Numbered from the stretch's first letter, positions 18,419-29,237 are shown. The stretch is 64,000 nucleotides of DNA from an uncultured Acidobacteriota bacterium (GCA_963744645.1 CAVUUN010000010.1:122150-186149), one strand, 5' to 3'. Made by a program: numbers and translations. The notes: generated from the letters alone by a model not told the origin.

Positions 18419-20287
18419 TTACTTCTCGCCGGTGCGGCCGGTTGCGCGGTCGAGGTTCACACGTGCTTTCGCGTAGTTTGTCCGCGCCCTGACCTCCTCG
18501 AATCGGGCCGCCATCAGATCCCGTTGCCGTCGGATCAGGTCGTAGGGTGTCGAAAGGCCGGCGAGCAGCTTCTCCTCCTCCTCCTGAAAGCTTCTTTCCC
18601 TCAGCTCGACAGCTTTCCTGGCGGAGTCCACCTGCGCCGATGACTGCGTGAGCGCAATCATGGCGTTACGAACCTCCAGGCGGATCCGATTTCGGAGTTG
18701 CTGCAGCGAAGTTTCCGCTTGCTGCTTTTCGATCTTCGCTCGTGCGTGGTCCGCCTGCGCGCTTCGGTTGAGCATGGGGAACTGCAGCGAGAAACCAAAG
18801 GCGTACTCGGGGTGATCAAACCGGCCAAGCTGACCCAGGGCGCTTCCCAGGCCACCGTTCACGAGGATCGGGCCGGCCGGTGAATCGACCAGCCGGTTTC
18901 CATAGAGGCCCGCACTGTTCAACCATTCCGAAAAGCACCAGGCTCGGCTTGAGGAGGTCGGCGGTGTATCGGATCGCCACGTCCTGGTTGAGAAGGTTGG
19001 CTGCCCCCTGACGGAGCTCCGGCCGGTTCTCGAGTGCGAGGGCCAGCATGTCCTGAAGCCGCGGGCACAGATTCCGCGTGCGGGTCGGGCAGCGGGTCCG
19101 TCGGTTCCACGCGGACGGAGGCGACCACCTTGGCGACATCCCGGGTAAGGGTGTTTTTCAGCTCAGTTTCGCGCAAGTCGTAGACCGTGCGGGCGGCAAT
19201 CAGGTCGCGACGACGGGCGGAGACCTCAGAGGCGGCGGTGAACACCTCGATCTTGGACAATGCCCCCGCTTCTTCCCGTTCCCGGTTGTCCTCGTAGAGC
19301 TGTTGGGCGACCTGCAGGGACTTCTCTGCGACGAGCACGTTGTCGCGGGCGGAAACAAGATCCCAGTAGAGTGTTTCCGCCTGAGAAAGGGTAGTCATGA
19401 CCTGTTGCCGCACGGCTTCAGTCGTGATTTTCCTCCCACTCTCGGCGACAGTCAGGAACCGTCGATTCACATCGAAACCCGCCCCGTTCAGAAGCTGCTG
19501 GGTGATAGTCAGGGAGAACGAAGACACAAACGCCGGGTTAAAGCGCAGGAACTGCTGGCTGGATCTCTGCTTCTGATTATTGAAGCTGACGCTGACTGAG
19601 GTTCCGCTGGTAAAAGCCTGGGCGAAGCGGGCCTGAAGTGCCGTCGTGGAGGTTAAAACAGTCGGCACACCGGCGACGACCAGGGTATTGAGCGGCGTCT
19701 GCGTCCGGTCGTAACTGAAATTGAGTGCGATGCTCGGGTCGTAAGGTTCCCCGAGGGCGGGCGACAACCTGCCGGGCATTCCCCGTAATGCCTCCGGCTC
19801 CGCTGGTGCCCCCGGCACCGGCCGCATCCCCGACGCCGGCACCGATAGCTCCTGCAAACAGCCCGCTCGGAACTCGGACTCCGGGCGCGCCTCGGGGAGC
19901 TCCGCCGCCGCGTGCGCGCAAAACATCCGTCTCGGCCATGGCCTTGTTTTGAGCCGTGGAGGCGATGTCCAGGTTGTTGTGAATCACGAAAGAGCGAAGT
20001 TGTTCGAGAGAAAGCTGCAGCTTCCCATCCACGACCAGAGGCTTCAGGTCGACAGGATCGGTCAGCGGGATCGGGGGTAACGATTGCGCCCGGTAGGGCT
20101 TGAAGACATTGGGGAACCAAGCCGGTCCGTCACTGTAGTCAGTGGTGGAAGCGGGTGTCTGTGCGACCGCAGGGATCGGGAGCACAAGGCCAATCACGAT
20201 TCCGAGGGCAGCCCTCCGGCAAACGGAGGCCTGCCGTCGGTGAGTCGAGATCCGGGACGGAGTAAGTCCATTCATCGTGCGCTTCAT
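18419..20287 (-). CDS. Outer membrane efflux protein (TolC/OMF family), copy 1, with at least two frame breaks (about 18920 and about 19760)
   Basis: Three ORFs (19577..20287, 18919..19926, 18419..18922) align in order to the N-terminal, middle and C-terminal parts of the intact paralog at 20292..22205. Examples are PAWFPNVFKPY, PLNTLVVAGVPTV and ANYAKARVNLDRATG. Confidence 0.75.
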
Positions 20288-20291
20288 GGTC

Positions 20292-22205
20292 CTACTCGCC
20301 GTCCTTGCCGGGCAGCCCCAGGGTGAAGGCCGCTACGGGCTTGTTTTTGATGTCGCCGCTGAGGGCATCGGCTACCTGGATGTTCCTTCGGGTCAGCGTC
20401 TGGCCGGTCGCTCGGTCCATTTCCACAAGTGCCTTCGCATAATTGGCGCTGGAGTCGACCTCGGCCTGCTGCGCGGCGACGAAGTCCCGTTCGCGCAGGA
20501 TGACCTGGTAGGAGGTCGATACTCCGGCTTCCAGCCGCTCCTGCTCGCCGGTCCAGATTTCGCGGGCCAGCCGGGCAGCCTCATGGGCAGCCTCCAGCTG
20601 CGCCCGTCCTTGAACCAATCCGATCATCGCCTTCCGGACCTCTACCGCGGCCTGGTTCCGCAAACGCTGCAGGCTCAGGCGCAGTTGACTGTCTTCCAGT
20701 TGCGAGCGCAGATTGTCGGCCTGGGCGACCCGGTTGCGAATCGGGATGCTCAGGCTCACGCCCCCGCCATACTCCGGGAACTCGCCGCTCAGCGATTGCC
20801 AGAGCGAGTCGCCGGTTCCCGCGCGCGTTTCGAGTCCGTTCCCCTCGAGCCCGGCGCCTGCGAACAGTCCGAACACGCCTGCGGATGGTTTCAACCCATT
20901 TGCCGTGAAACGGTTTGCGATGGCCTGATTGCGCAGATTTCCCTCGGCCTGCTTGAGATCCGAACGATTCTTGACGGCGCCATCGAGGGCCGCCTGCAGC
21001 TCGGGCAGGTCTGCGTCCTTCGGCTCAGGCATACGGTCCTTCAATACGATCACGGCTGCCTCGATAGCCGGTGTGGACTCCTTCACCAGCAGGCTCTTGA
21101 GCGTCGTCTCCTGCATCTGGAGATTGGTGCGTGCCAGGGTCAGGTCGCGCGTCCGGGCGGCCACTTCGGCTTCCGCGGACGTCACCTCCAGCGGGGGCAT
21201 CGAGCCGATGTCCACGCGAAGCCGATTGTCACCCAGGAGCCGCTCGGCCACCTGAAGGGACTGTTCGGCCACACGGACGTTTTCCTGCAGAGCCGCGAGT
21301 TCCCAGTATGCATTCTCAACCTGAACCACTGTGTCTATCACCTGCAGCCGGAAGACCTCTTCGGATATCTCGGTATTGTTGAGAGCGACGTTAATGAACC
21401 GCTCGTTTGCCAGGCGACCAAAGCCGTTGAGGAGCGGCTGGTGAAAGGCGAAGGAGAAGCGCGAGACGACCGCCGGGTTGAAGCGCAGGCGCTGCTGCGT
21501 GGATGCCTGCCGCTGGCCCGTTACCGCCATCGAGTAACTGGTCCCGGTGTGGAAGAGTTGGGCGTAGTTGCTGCTGAAAGCGGTAGCGTTCGCTGTGACG
21601 ACCGGAACGCCGGCAACCTGAATCGTATTCAAAGGCGAGGTTACGCGGTCAAAGCTGAAGTTCACGTTGACCGAGGGATCGAAATTGCCTGAAGAACCGA
21701 TCGAAATCGCTCCGCCGCCTCCTGTGATGCCGCCCGCGCTTCCCAGTCCGCCACTGCCTCCGGCGGCGCTGACGCCGACGCCGATCGCGCCTGCTGAAAG
21801 ACCGCTCGGGACCGAGGCGCCCTGGACGCCTCGAGCCGCCTGACCGGAGCTTGTTCGCAGTACGTCGGTGTCGGCAATCGCCGGTATGAACCGTTGGACC
21901 GCGATATCCAGATTGTTCTCGAGGGCGAGGGCCAGCGCATCCGAGACAGTGAGCTCGAGCTTGCCATCCCGGATCAGGCTCTCGATTCGCGGAGAATTCT
22001 CGATGACGAGGGGTCGAGTTGGCCGCGCCTGGTAAGGTGCGAAAATATTCGGGAACCAGGAAGCCGGGGCCGACTGCCCGGGGGGTGAGGCACGATCTTC
22101 GCCGGGCGACTGCGCGAGCGCCGCCTGCGGCGCGATCAGGAGCCCGACCATAATGAGTGTAATCACTATCCGAATCTGACGCGATTTCATCAGAAGTTCC
22201 CTCAC
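20292..22205 (-). CDS. Outer membrane efflux protein (TolC/OMF family), copy 2, intact
   Basis: 637 aa. It has a signal peptide, Gly/Ala-rich low-complexity linkers, the two OEP repeats with coiled-coil heptads, and a C-terminal NYAKALVEMDRATGQ motif. Confidence 0.85.
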   Translation of the reverse strand: MRELLMKSRQIRIVITLIMVGLLIAPQAALAQSPGEDRASPPGQSAPASWFPNIFAPYQARPTRPLVIENSPRIESLIRDGKLELTVSDALALALENNLDIAVQRFIPAIADTDVLRTSSGQAARGVQGASVPSGLSAGAIGVGVSAAGGSGGLGSAGGITGGGGAISIGSSGNFDPSVNVNFSFDRVTSPLNTIQVAGVPVVTANATAFSSNYAQLFHTGTSYSMAVTGQRQASTQQRLRFNPAVVSRFSFAFHQPLLNGFGRLANERFINVALNNTEISEEVFRLQVIDTVVQVENAYWELAALQENVRVAEQSLQVAERLLGDNRLRVDIGSMPPLEVTSAEAEVAARTRDLTLARTNLQMQETTLKSLLVKESTPAIEAAVIVLKDRMPEPKDADLPELQAALDGAVKNRSDLKQAEGNLRNQAIANRFTANGLKPSAGVFGLFAGAGLEGNGLETRAGTGDSLWQSLSGEFPEYGGGVSLSIPIRNRVAQADNLRSQLEDSQLRLSLQRLRNQAAVEVRKAMIGLVQGRAQLEAAHEAARLAREIWTGEQERLEAGVSTSYQVILRERDFVAAQQAEVDSSANYAKALVEMDRATGQTLTRRNIQVADALSGDIKNKPVAAFTLGLPGKDGE

Positions 22206-22396
22206 TGTCCTGTCTGTCGCCTCCCTGATGTCCGGGTGGGCAAAGCTGAGGCGGCGACTAGAATACTACGAGAACCAGGGTCACTTGTTTCTGTCAGTCC
22301 CCGAGGAGCGACCGGCCGGTCCGCCTCGGTTCCCGGCGGACATTGTAGCCGTGTTCGCGGTTTCGGCGCGAGTTTTTGGGAGTATTTGGGTGACCG

Positions 22397-24046
22397 TTAT
22401 TTCCCTTCGTGAACAATCTCGATTGCGTTCAGACACGCATAGTTCACGACTGGCTGGAAAGTGAGGATCAGCTTGCCTTGCGAGTTTGCGCGGAGGTTGC
22501 GGAAAGTCTTCAGAACCGGTCGGTTCGCGCCCCCCGCCTGGGCGAAGATATCGAAGTCCTTCAGGAGCAGAAGGCCGTTGCACTGGATGTCGAAGACGCG
22601 CAGCCCCGCTCCTCCCAAGCCGACGTTTTCGGGACCGAAGTAGGTCTCGGCAAAATGGAAGGTGGCAGTGTACCGACCTGGGGAAACGGGAACCACGTAG
22701 GTGAAGTTTCCGAACCGCTCAGTCTCGTACAATTCGGGATCGATGGTTCCTATGATTCGGGTTCCGTGGGCCACCCGGCGTCCACCCGAGAAGAATTGCT
22801 CCGGGCTCCAAACCTCCTGGTTCTTGGTAAAGAGGGGAATCGTCCGGGTTGTCATACGCAGGGGTCTCATCCGGCCAGGAAGTCCCGGGAAGATCTCGAT
22901 TGCGTTGAGGAGAGCTCTCCCCTTGGTGCCGTGAAGACGAATCGACAAGAACCCGTCAGCGGCCGGGGAGACGTCGCTGAAAACCTTGATATCCGCAGTC
23001 CTGGGCCCTCCGGAATCAGCCACGATGTCGAATTCGTCGAGAGCCAGCCGTTCGTTCAGGAACATATCGAACAGCCGCGTGGTTTCGCCCGCTCCCTCGA
23101 ACCCGTCGGTCGGCTGCTGGGGCTCTGCGAAGTAGAGGTGAGCCTCGTAGATCCCTGGCTTCAACGGAATCCGGTACTCGAATTCGCCTTCGCGTCCGCG
23201 CCGCCAGATGGTCTGGTCTTCGGCCCGCACAATGACCGCATCGGGGGCCGCTCTGAAGGGAGTACCGCCGATGAAGAACCGGTCCCCGGTCCAAATTCGC
23301 CCGATCTGGTCGGCATACTTGGGCGCGTCGTTTCCGCACAGGATCCTGATTTCCGAGAGAGGGCTCATTCCTTCGTAGGTCGTCGCGGCCGGGACCGTTG
23401 ACTTGACCGCTGGAGCCTGCGCGTCGGTCGGAGGTTTCATGAAAATGAGGAAAAGCATACCGATGAGGAGGGCTGCGGGGATGCCGACCCAGGCAATCCG
23501 GAAAACGCCGGGCCTCGGGACGACAAGCTCGACGGGCCGCGGACGCACGTCGACGGCGGAGTGGTCCTCCCGGGTGGGCTGTGGCGGGCGGGCCGGGAGA
23601 ACGGCCGGCAGGGGAACCGGCAAGTGGCTTACATCAGGCGCTTTCAGAGCACGCGTCTGGAACTGGAAGACCGGGACGTATTGGCCGAGCGGCAGAAGAA
23701 TATGGACCGCGTGGTCGCGACCCTCGGTACGGTAGTACTTTTTGAGCCGCTCGCGCAGTCTGTTTGCGTCGACACGGACGATCGGATCCTGCTTCGGTTC
23801 AAACTCGGGCGGACGTCCGAATGCCTCGACCGCGATCGTGTACTCCTTGATCTGGTCAGCTTCTCCGGAGAAGTACTTCTCGCAGACGTAGCGAAGAAAA
23901 GAAACCAGGCTAGGCGCTCGGCAAAAGTAGCGCGAGGCGACGACCGATTCCAGTTCGGCCCGCATTTCCTCCACGTTGGAAATCACTTGCTGATCGCTCA
24001 CCCAATGCTTCTTTCTAAATCCCAGCCCGGGTGCCTGATTTAACAC
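22397..24046 (-). CDS. ToxR/CadC-like membrane-anchored regulator: N-terminal OmpR-type winged-helix domain, one TM helix, two periplasmic malectin-like carbohydrate-binding domains
   Basis: 549 aa. The N-terminal region LVSFLRYVCEKYFSGEADQIKEYTIAVEAFGR...DPIVRVDANRLRERLKKYY resembles trans_reg_C. The TM helix is IAWVGIPAALLIGMLFLIF. Two repeated domains end in LNAIEI(F/V), which is malectin-like. Confidence 0.55.
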   Translation of the reverse strand: MLNQAPGLGFRKKHWVSDQQVISNVEEMRAELESVVASRYFCRAPSLVSFLRYVCEKYFSGEADQIKEYTIAVEAFGRPPEFEPKQDPIVRVDANRLRERLKKYYRTEGRDHAVHILLPLGQYVPVFQFQTRALKAPDVSHLPVPLPAVLPARPPQPTREDHSAVDVRPRPVELVVPRPGVFRIAWVGIPAALLIGMLFLIFMKPPTDAQAPAVKSTVPAATTYEGMSPLSEIRILCGNDAPKYADQIGRIWTGDRFFIGGTPFRAAPDAVIVRAEDQTIWRRGREGEFEYRIPLKPGIYEAHLYFAEPQQPTDGFEGAGETTRLFDMFLNERLALDEFDIVADSGGPRTADIKVFSDVSPAADGFLSIRLHGTKGRALLNAIEIFPGLPGRMRPLRMTTRTIPLFTKNQEVWSPEQFFSGGRRVAHGTRIIGTIDPELYETERFGNFTYVVPVSPGRYTATFHFAETYFGPENVGLGGAGLRVFDIQCNGLLLLKDFDIFAQAGGANRPVLKTFRNLRANSQGKLILTFQPVVNYACLNAIEIVHEGK

Positions 24047-24436
24047 GCTCCCCGGGAACAGTCAACAGGTAAAGCCGTAAGTGCGTGTGAAAGCGCTACT
24101 AAACCGGCAACGGTAACGCATCATGGGTCAAACATTAACCCCGTAGTTCTTGACCCTTGTACTCGCGTGAGGGTCCGGCGGTCAAGAGAAGCAGTTTGGT
24201 GGCGGGCGGATTGGTTCTCGCTGGTGCGTAGGCCGTCTGCAGACTTCGGACGGACAGAATCCGATGCGCCCCAGCGGCGCACGGACGAACCGTCGCAAGT
24301 GATCCGGATTGCCCCCATTTTGCGCTTCTTTTCGCGTGCACTGCAGCGCGGAACGACCTCGTTTCGGCTCGGATCATGACAACCGAGGAGGCTTCAGAGA
24401 GCGGTCAGAAGTGTGAGCGTCGTCACGGAATCCCTC

Positions 24437-24464
24437 TTGACAAGCGGTCGCGCCTGAGTATTAT
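24437..24464 (+). promoter_or_regulatory. Sigma70-like promoter (TTGACA-16nt-TATTAT) upstream of the secreted-protein operon
   Basis: ttgaca at 24437-24442 and tattat at 24459-24464 lie in a locally lower-GC stretch about 240 nt upstream of the 24703 start. This is a pattern match only. Confidence 0.3.
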
Positions 24465-24702
24465 TGCCACGCTGGTAGCAGGTTTGCTTTTTGTTCCTGG
24501 ATGGGGGAAAACGAGAAGCGCCGGTCCTCAGGCGGGAGGCCCGAAGAGGCATCCCCTGCGTAAAGTTCTCGCCACACCATTCAATACAGATAAATCTGGT
24601 GGGAGTCCGCCTGCGCGCTGGGTGACGCCCGCCTTGGCAAGGACGACATCCGGATCTTTCTTTGCTCCGGCGGGTCGAACAAGTGAAGAATTCGGGGGGG
24701 GC

Positions 24703-25248
24703 ATGATGCAAGACTTTCTGTCGTTGGTGCAAGCGAGTGATACCACGATCGGTATGATCTCGGGTCTGTTACTGCTGCTCGGCTGCTGGGTTTCCGCGAG
24801 GACCTTCTTTCCCGGCGATGTGCAAAAGGATGAGAGGGGCAACGAGATACGGGACAAAGAAGGCAAGCCTATCCCGTTTCCGCAAGGAGCGGGTCTTTTC
24901 TACCATCTCTGTGCGACCACTGTGAATGCTTTAGGACTCGCCCTGGGTATTCTCGCAATATTCGGGCTTCATCTCCCGTATTCAGGCGTCTGCTTGGTCT
25001 TCGCAAGCGTGATCGGCTACGTCTACTTCGAGTGGCGAGCTCGCAAGTATGATGACAGGGCGGCTATGAGGGGTTGGAGAGGGGAGGATTCATCCTCGCC
25101 CGGCTTGAACTCCCAAGACGTCAAGCAGCTTGTTACAGCCCTCGAGGGTGTGGTCCTGGAGGGGTATAAGCTCGACGCTACATTGAAACCTGTCCGAAGA
25201 AGTTCAGAGGCAAGGGCCAAGAACGCCGACCTGGTCGAGGTTGAATAG
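24703..25248 (+). CDS. Hypothetical integral membrane protein (first gene of the secreted-protein operon)
   Basis: The preferred start is MMQDFLSLVQ at 24703, inside ORF 24376..25248. There are about 4 TM helices (ISGLLLLLGCWVSA, LGLALGILAIFGL, VCLVFASVIGYVYF). A G8 tract lies directly upstream of the ATG. Confidence 0.45.
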   Translation: MMQDFLSLVQASDTTIGMISGLLLLLGCWVSARTFFPGDVQKDERGNEIRDKEGKPIPFPQGAGLFYHLCATTVNALGLALGILAIFGLHLPYSGVCLVFASVIGYVYFEWRARKYDDRAAMRGWRGEDSSSPGLNSQDVKQLVTALEGVVLEGYKLDATLKPVRRSSEARAKNADLVEVE

Positions 25249-25297
25249 GATCGGAGCGCCTCTGCCCGTCTTTTCAAGCCATGCAAGGGAGGGTTTC

Positions 25298-26671
25298 ATG
25301 TCTGCACCTCGCCGCGGTAATTTGTCGAATGTGTTGTTTCAGGTCCTCAAGTTCCTGCTCGTGACGGTCGCGATTTACCAGATCGGCCTTCGCGAGCAGT
25401 TGGGACTCAATCTCGACGATGACTTCTCGCTCGTGAACGCTACACCGGTTGTGCAGCTGACCGAGACCGGGCGCTTCACGGTTAGTTTCTACGTATTGCA
25501 CTTCTTTCGGGATTACAAGTTCTTCACGGTCGAAGCGTCTGCCCAACCGGATGGCAAAAGCGCCGCTCAGCCGCTCACTCCTTTCGGAGGAGTTCCGGCG
25601 CGCTTTGAGCAACCCGGTCCAGGTACTGGGACGCCTCATTACTTCTCACTGGAGTATGTTCTTCCGCCCGGCATGACGAACAGGTGTCTTGTCCGCTACG
25701 CGGTAACCTTCGACGGCAACCCCAAAACCAAACATGAGGTCGCGCGTATCCAGGTAAAACACATTCCCCCAGTGGACCCCAAAGGTCTTGTGGTGCCAAC
25801 ACCTCTCTCAGTAGTTCGGGGTCAGCGTTGTGAGATGCCTGAGAACCTGCTCGGTATGAATCTCTGGCCCGCTTCTGAAAGTGCCGAAGTCAAAGTGGTA
25901 TCAGAAGCGGAGAGAGTCTGGATCGAAAGCAGGAATCAGTCAAATAAAGTGCTCCCCGTGGGTACTTCCAACGTGGCCTTTCGGACCAGGGCGACAGTCG
26001 CCGGAGTAGATACGAACAAGAAGACAATAACCGTCGAGACAGTTGGGCGCCCCGCGGCGACCGTCGACATGGCCCATACTGCTCTTTATCGCTTCCCTCC
26101 ATCGGGCGCTGCACCCCGCCGGATCTCGCTGGATGATCTAAGCAACCTGAAGAACCCTGGAATTGTCTTTACAGGTGCGGTTAAGAACGGCCTCATTGCC
26201 CCTCTGCAAGAAGTCAGGGTTGGTGATCCTCAGGACCCTCGAATGCACGTGACTTTGACTCTCGTGGTGGGTCCCAATCGTCCGCCGGAGCCGGTTTATA
26301 CGGAGCCGGGCAGCCGGACCTTCAATGCCAGGTGCGCTGATTTCTTCGGAAACCCGACCCTGAACCTTGCTAACCGGTACCTGAACCTCAATAGGATTAT
26401 TGTGGACCCGGATGGGAAGTCGCCGTCCACCGGTGCCGCGAACATCAGGGTGGCGTTCGCCATTACGGCGGATGCCGGGCGAGACGACAGAGGACTGCCT
26501 TTCAAAGTAATCAGGGCCTGGGATGACTCCGGCGACTACTATCTGGAAGCGCCGGGCGATATTTACACGATAATGGCCAAGCATCCGATGGCCGTTCCCC
26601 TGTCGGGTATTCGGGTTTTCGCAAGTGACGAGATGGGCAGTCACGAGATTCCGCTGCAGATTTGGCGTTGA
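25298..26671 (+). CDS. Hypothetical protein with an N-terminal TM anchor and a large extracytoplasmic domain
   Basis: The start at MSAPRRGNLSNVLFQVLKFLLVTVAIYQ is preceded by AGGGAGG. About 457 aa. No recognisable domain. It overlaps the neighbouring genes on both sides by 8-10 nt. Confidence 0.55.
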   Translation: MSAPRRGNLSNVLFQVLKFLLVTVAIYQIGLREQLGLNLDDDFSLVNATPVVQLTETGRFTVSFYVLHFFRDYKFFTVEASAQPDGKSAAQPLTPFGGVPARFEQPGPGTGTPHYFSLEYVLPPGMTNRCLVRYAVTFDGNPKTKHEVARIQVKHIPPVDPKGLVVPTPLSVVRGQRCEMPENLLGMNLWPASESAEVKVVSEAERVWIESRNQSNKVLPVGTSNVAFRTRATVAGVDTNKKTITVETVGRPAATVDMAHTALYRFPPSGAAPRRISLDDLSNLKNPGIVFTGAVKNGLIAPLQEVRVGDPQDPRMHVTLTLVVGPNRPPEPVYTEPGSRTFNARCADFFGNPTLNLANRYLNLNRIIVDPDGKSPSTGAANIRVAFAITADAGRDDRGLPFKVIRAWDDSGDYYLEAPGDIYTIMAKHPMAVPLSGIRVFASDEMGSHEIPLQIWR

Positions 26672-26682
26672 GGAGACAGACG

Positions 26683-27762
26683 ATGAAAGAGACTCTTGTT
26701 CTACGGGCCTACCCGGTAAAAGCGGCATTACTCAGTCTGTTCTGCTGGGTCCTGGCTGTTAACTTAGGGGCGCAGGCCCCGACGGTCAGATCTTCCCTCG
26801 ATTGTCGTCAGAACAACAGGGAGAACAGAGAGCTGGCTCCGCCCGCGGGCATGGTCAATTGCGATGTCTCGCTCCTCGTCGGTTGTGATGGAAAGGCTGT
26901 TCCGACATGGCAGAAGTTCCACGAGTTAATCGTGGAGACCTGCAATGCGGCCGACGGCGGTGGCACGAAGAACACTGTTCCTGCAACGGGCGCCTCTCAG
27001 ACCGCGGGTTCTTGCGATCCGGAGAGCTTGCCGGCTGTCAATTGGATTTTTCGCGTCAAGCAGGGGGTCATTGGGCGGCATCTCATCGCAGATAGCGAGG
27101 TTGCCCTGACCGGGATTTCCTGGATCTGGAATGGCACGAGGTATGTGGCGGTCGGTTGCCGCTGTCCCCGAGACGGCACGAAGACGATCGCCATGGCCCT
27201 CTCCAGCTCGAAACAAGAGCTCAAAGGATTTATCGAGGATCTCCAGGTATTCGAGTTGGTGTACGTCCCCCGGGTTTCGTCGGACCAAACCGGGGAGCAC
27301 TTCGACGTCTACACGGTCGCTCTGGTTCCTGCCTGGGTTTTCAAGGAGAACCTCTTCAACACTGCTACATCCCAGCCGACCGGCTACGCCTTACCGGCCA
27401 AGAAGTCGACCCTCGCCGGCGAGCGCGACCGGCTTGAGGGCCTTTTCATGAAGCGCGGAACCAGCGAGAGCCTGCGAGAGTATTTGGAACGCCAGCCGCG
27501 AGACGAGAACGGGCAGTACTCGAATCTTCAGGTCAGCTTCTTCCGACACCAGGACACGCTGGACCGGAAGCTAGGGACTGCGGGCGCGACGTTCTTCGAC
27601 GACTGCTCCAATTTTTGGAGGACCGTGAAAGAACGGATCGAGTCGCAGCGCACGATTCTGTTGCCGGAAAAGCTCCGGGCCACCACGCGTGAAAATACCC
27701 CGAGTGCGACGGCACCGAGGGGCGGGACGGGCCGTAACACGAGAACGAGGCGCGACAGGTAA
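26683..27762 (+). CDS. Secreted hypothetical protein (signal peptide, several Cys)
   Basis: The start MKETLVLRAYPVKAALLSLFCWVLAVNLGAQA is preceded by GAGGAG. About 360 aa, with a basic C-terminal tail. Confidence 0.55.
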   Translation: MKETLVLRAYPVKAALLSLFCWVLAVNLGAQAPTVRSSLDCRQNNRENRELAPPAGMVNCDVSLLVGCDGKAVPTWQKFHELIVETCNAADGGGTKNTVPATGASQTAGSCDPESLPAVNWIFRVKQGVIGRHLIADSEVALTGISWIWNGTRYVAVGCRCPRDGTKTIAMALSSSKQELKGFIEDLQVFELVYVPRVSSDQTGEHFDVYTVALVPAWVFKENLFNTATSQPTGYALPAKKSTLAGERDRLEGLFMKRGTSESLREYLERQPRDENGQYSNLQVSFFRHQDTLDRKLGTAGATFFDDCSNFWRTVKERIESQRTILLPEKLRATTRENTPSATAPRGGTGRNTRTRRDR

Positions 27763-27779
27763 AGCTGGAATCCACCACC

Positions 27780-29225
27780 ATGAAGACATACACATTCCAG
27801 GGGAGGCCGTTGGCCCTCATCGCCGTCTCAATTCTCCTAACGCCGGTTGTTCTTCCTGCGCAGGCAACCCAGGCGCCGCTGAGCCAGCCGGACCAAATGG
27901 CGATTATTCGCGAAGTGACGGCCGCCCTGCGAGAGCTCAAGTGCACGTGCAACCCGGCCGAGTTGGAGTGCTCGAAAGTCGAAATCACAAAGCGCAACTG
28001 CGTGTGTGAAGCGGGAGACGAGATCGCCCTTCTCGAATCGCTAGCCGACCCGCAAAGGGTCAAGGATCGAGAGGCGGCACAAGAGGTGGCTTTCGCGGCC
28101 TCACGTTGCCTGCGAAAGGCAGGGTGGGATCAGGCCAAGCTCGAGAGATTCCGCCAGCTGGCGGAAAACGCCTCGTGTCTGGACAGCCGTCTCTCCCGTG
28201 CGGGATGGCAGCTCGAGCAGGTGCTCAAACAGGATCTGCCCAATACACTTCCAGCCGGCTACGATGCGACGATCGATTCCGCGGTCGACACCGTCCGCGA
28301 GACCGTCCGGACATTCCGCATGATGAAGGAGCGGCCGACTGAGATCGCGGTCATCGATCGCGCCCAGGCCCTGTGCATTAGTGGAGGCAGTCTCCAGGAG
28401 GGGCGTGAGAAACTGGCGCAATTCCTCCCGAAGTTCACCGATCTCATGGTGTCCATTTCCGCCCGCTTCCCGCAATTGGCCCCTCACCTGGGCAGCGTGC
28501 TGGACGCGATCAGCGTTGATTCCATTGAGATCTTCGGCGGTCACGACTACCAGGCGCAGCTCAAGGAGGATCGCACCCTCCTGATCGGCTGGGATAACTC
28601 GAACCTGGCTGGCACCTCTCACTTCTATCAGCTGAGACAGGAGCTTGCGAAAAAGGAGGAACTCTCCTCACTGATCCCCCGCGCGGATGCGCCGAGCTAC
28701 GAGGCCGTCCGGCCGCAGTTCGAGGAACAGACCCAGTTGGTTCGAAAGCTCTTAGCCGACGGGGCGACGCACCTGGTTTCCAAGGCAAACGCGTGGCGAG
28801 CATATGAAATTTATGCCGAGCAGCTCTTTGGATTTGCCGATTCCCTCATGCTCGCGCCCGAGCGTCGGTGGGCGCGATTCGTGTTGATGGAGGCGGCTGC
28901 CGATGCGATGCGGCAGGGCCTGGAAACCTCCCTCGGCTCGGACCTGACCGAACCCCTGGACAAGAAACGACAGGACCTCGGAACACGGGTCCTGAATTAT
29001 GCGAGGGAACTTGCCGAGTCCGGGTACGACTCCGAGGTCGTCCGGCTCGAGGAGCACTTCGCCGACAGCCCTGCCTTCACCGAAGAAGCACGGTGCACAA
29101 TTCACGCGCACCTGGCTCAGGCGAATTGCAGGCTCGGCCGTCACAGCGAAGCCATGGCGCACCTCCGCCTGTGGCGCATGTGCGGAGGCGTCGGCGCCTT
29201 ATCCTCGGATTGTCAGTTGGAGTAA
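27780..29225 (+). CDS. Secreted, predominantly alpha-helical hypothetical protein
   Basis: 481 aa. Signal peptide ALIAVSILLTPVVLPAQA. Cys pairs (CTCNPAELEC, NCVCEAG). Composition is rich in Ala/Leu/Glu/Arg. Confidence 0.55.
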   Translation: MKTYTFQGRPLALIAVSILLTPVVLPAQATQAPLSQPDQMAIIREVTAALRELKCTCNPAELECSKVEITKRNCVCEAGDEIALLESLADPQRVKDREAAQEVAFAASRCLRKAGWDQAKLERFRQLAENASCLDSRLSRAGWQLEQVLKQDLPNTLPAGYDATIDSAVDTVRETVRTFRMMKERPTEIAVIDRAQALCISGGSLQEGREKLAQFLPKFTDLMVSISARFPQLAPHLGSVLDAISVDSIEIFGGHDYQAQLKEDRTLLIGWDNSNLAGTSHFYQLRQELAKKEELSSLIPRADAPSYEAVRPQFEEQTQLVRKLLADGATHLVSKANAWRAYEIYAEQLFGFADSLMLAPERRWARFVLMEAAADAMRQGLETSLGSDLTEPLDKKRQDLGTRVLNYARELAESGYDSEVVRLEEHFADSPAFTEEARCTIHAHLAQANCRLGRHSEAMAHLRLWRMCGGVGALSSDCQLE

Positions 29226-29237
29226 TCAACCGTTCTT

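Noticed and set aside
20277-21692. ORF 20277..21692(+) 471 aa, antisense to TolC copy 2
   Set aside because: Overlaps the intact 637-aa TolC-like gene. No motifs. Gly/Arg/Leu-rich.
22409-23401. ORF 22409..23401(+) 330 aa, antisense to the ToxR-like gene
   Set aside because: Mirror-strand artefact.
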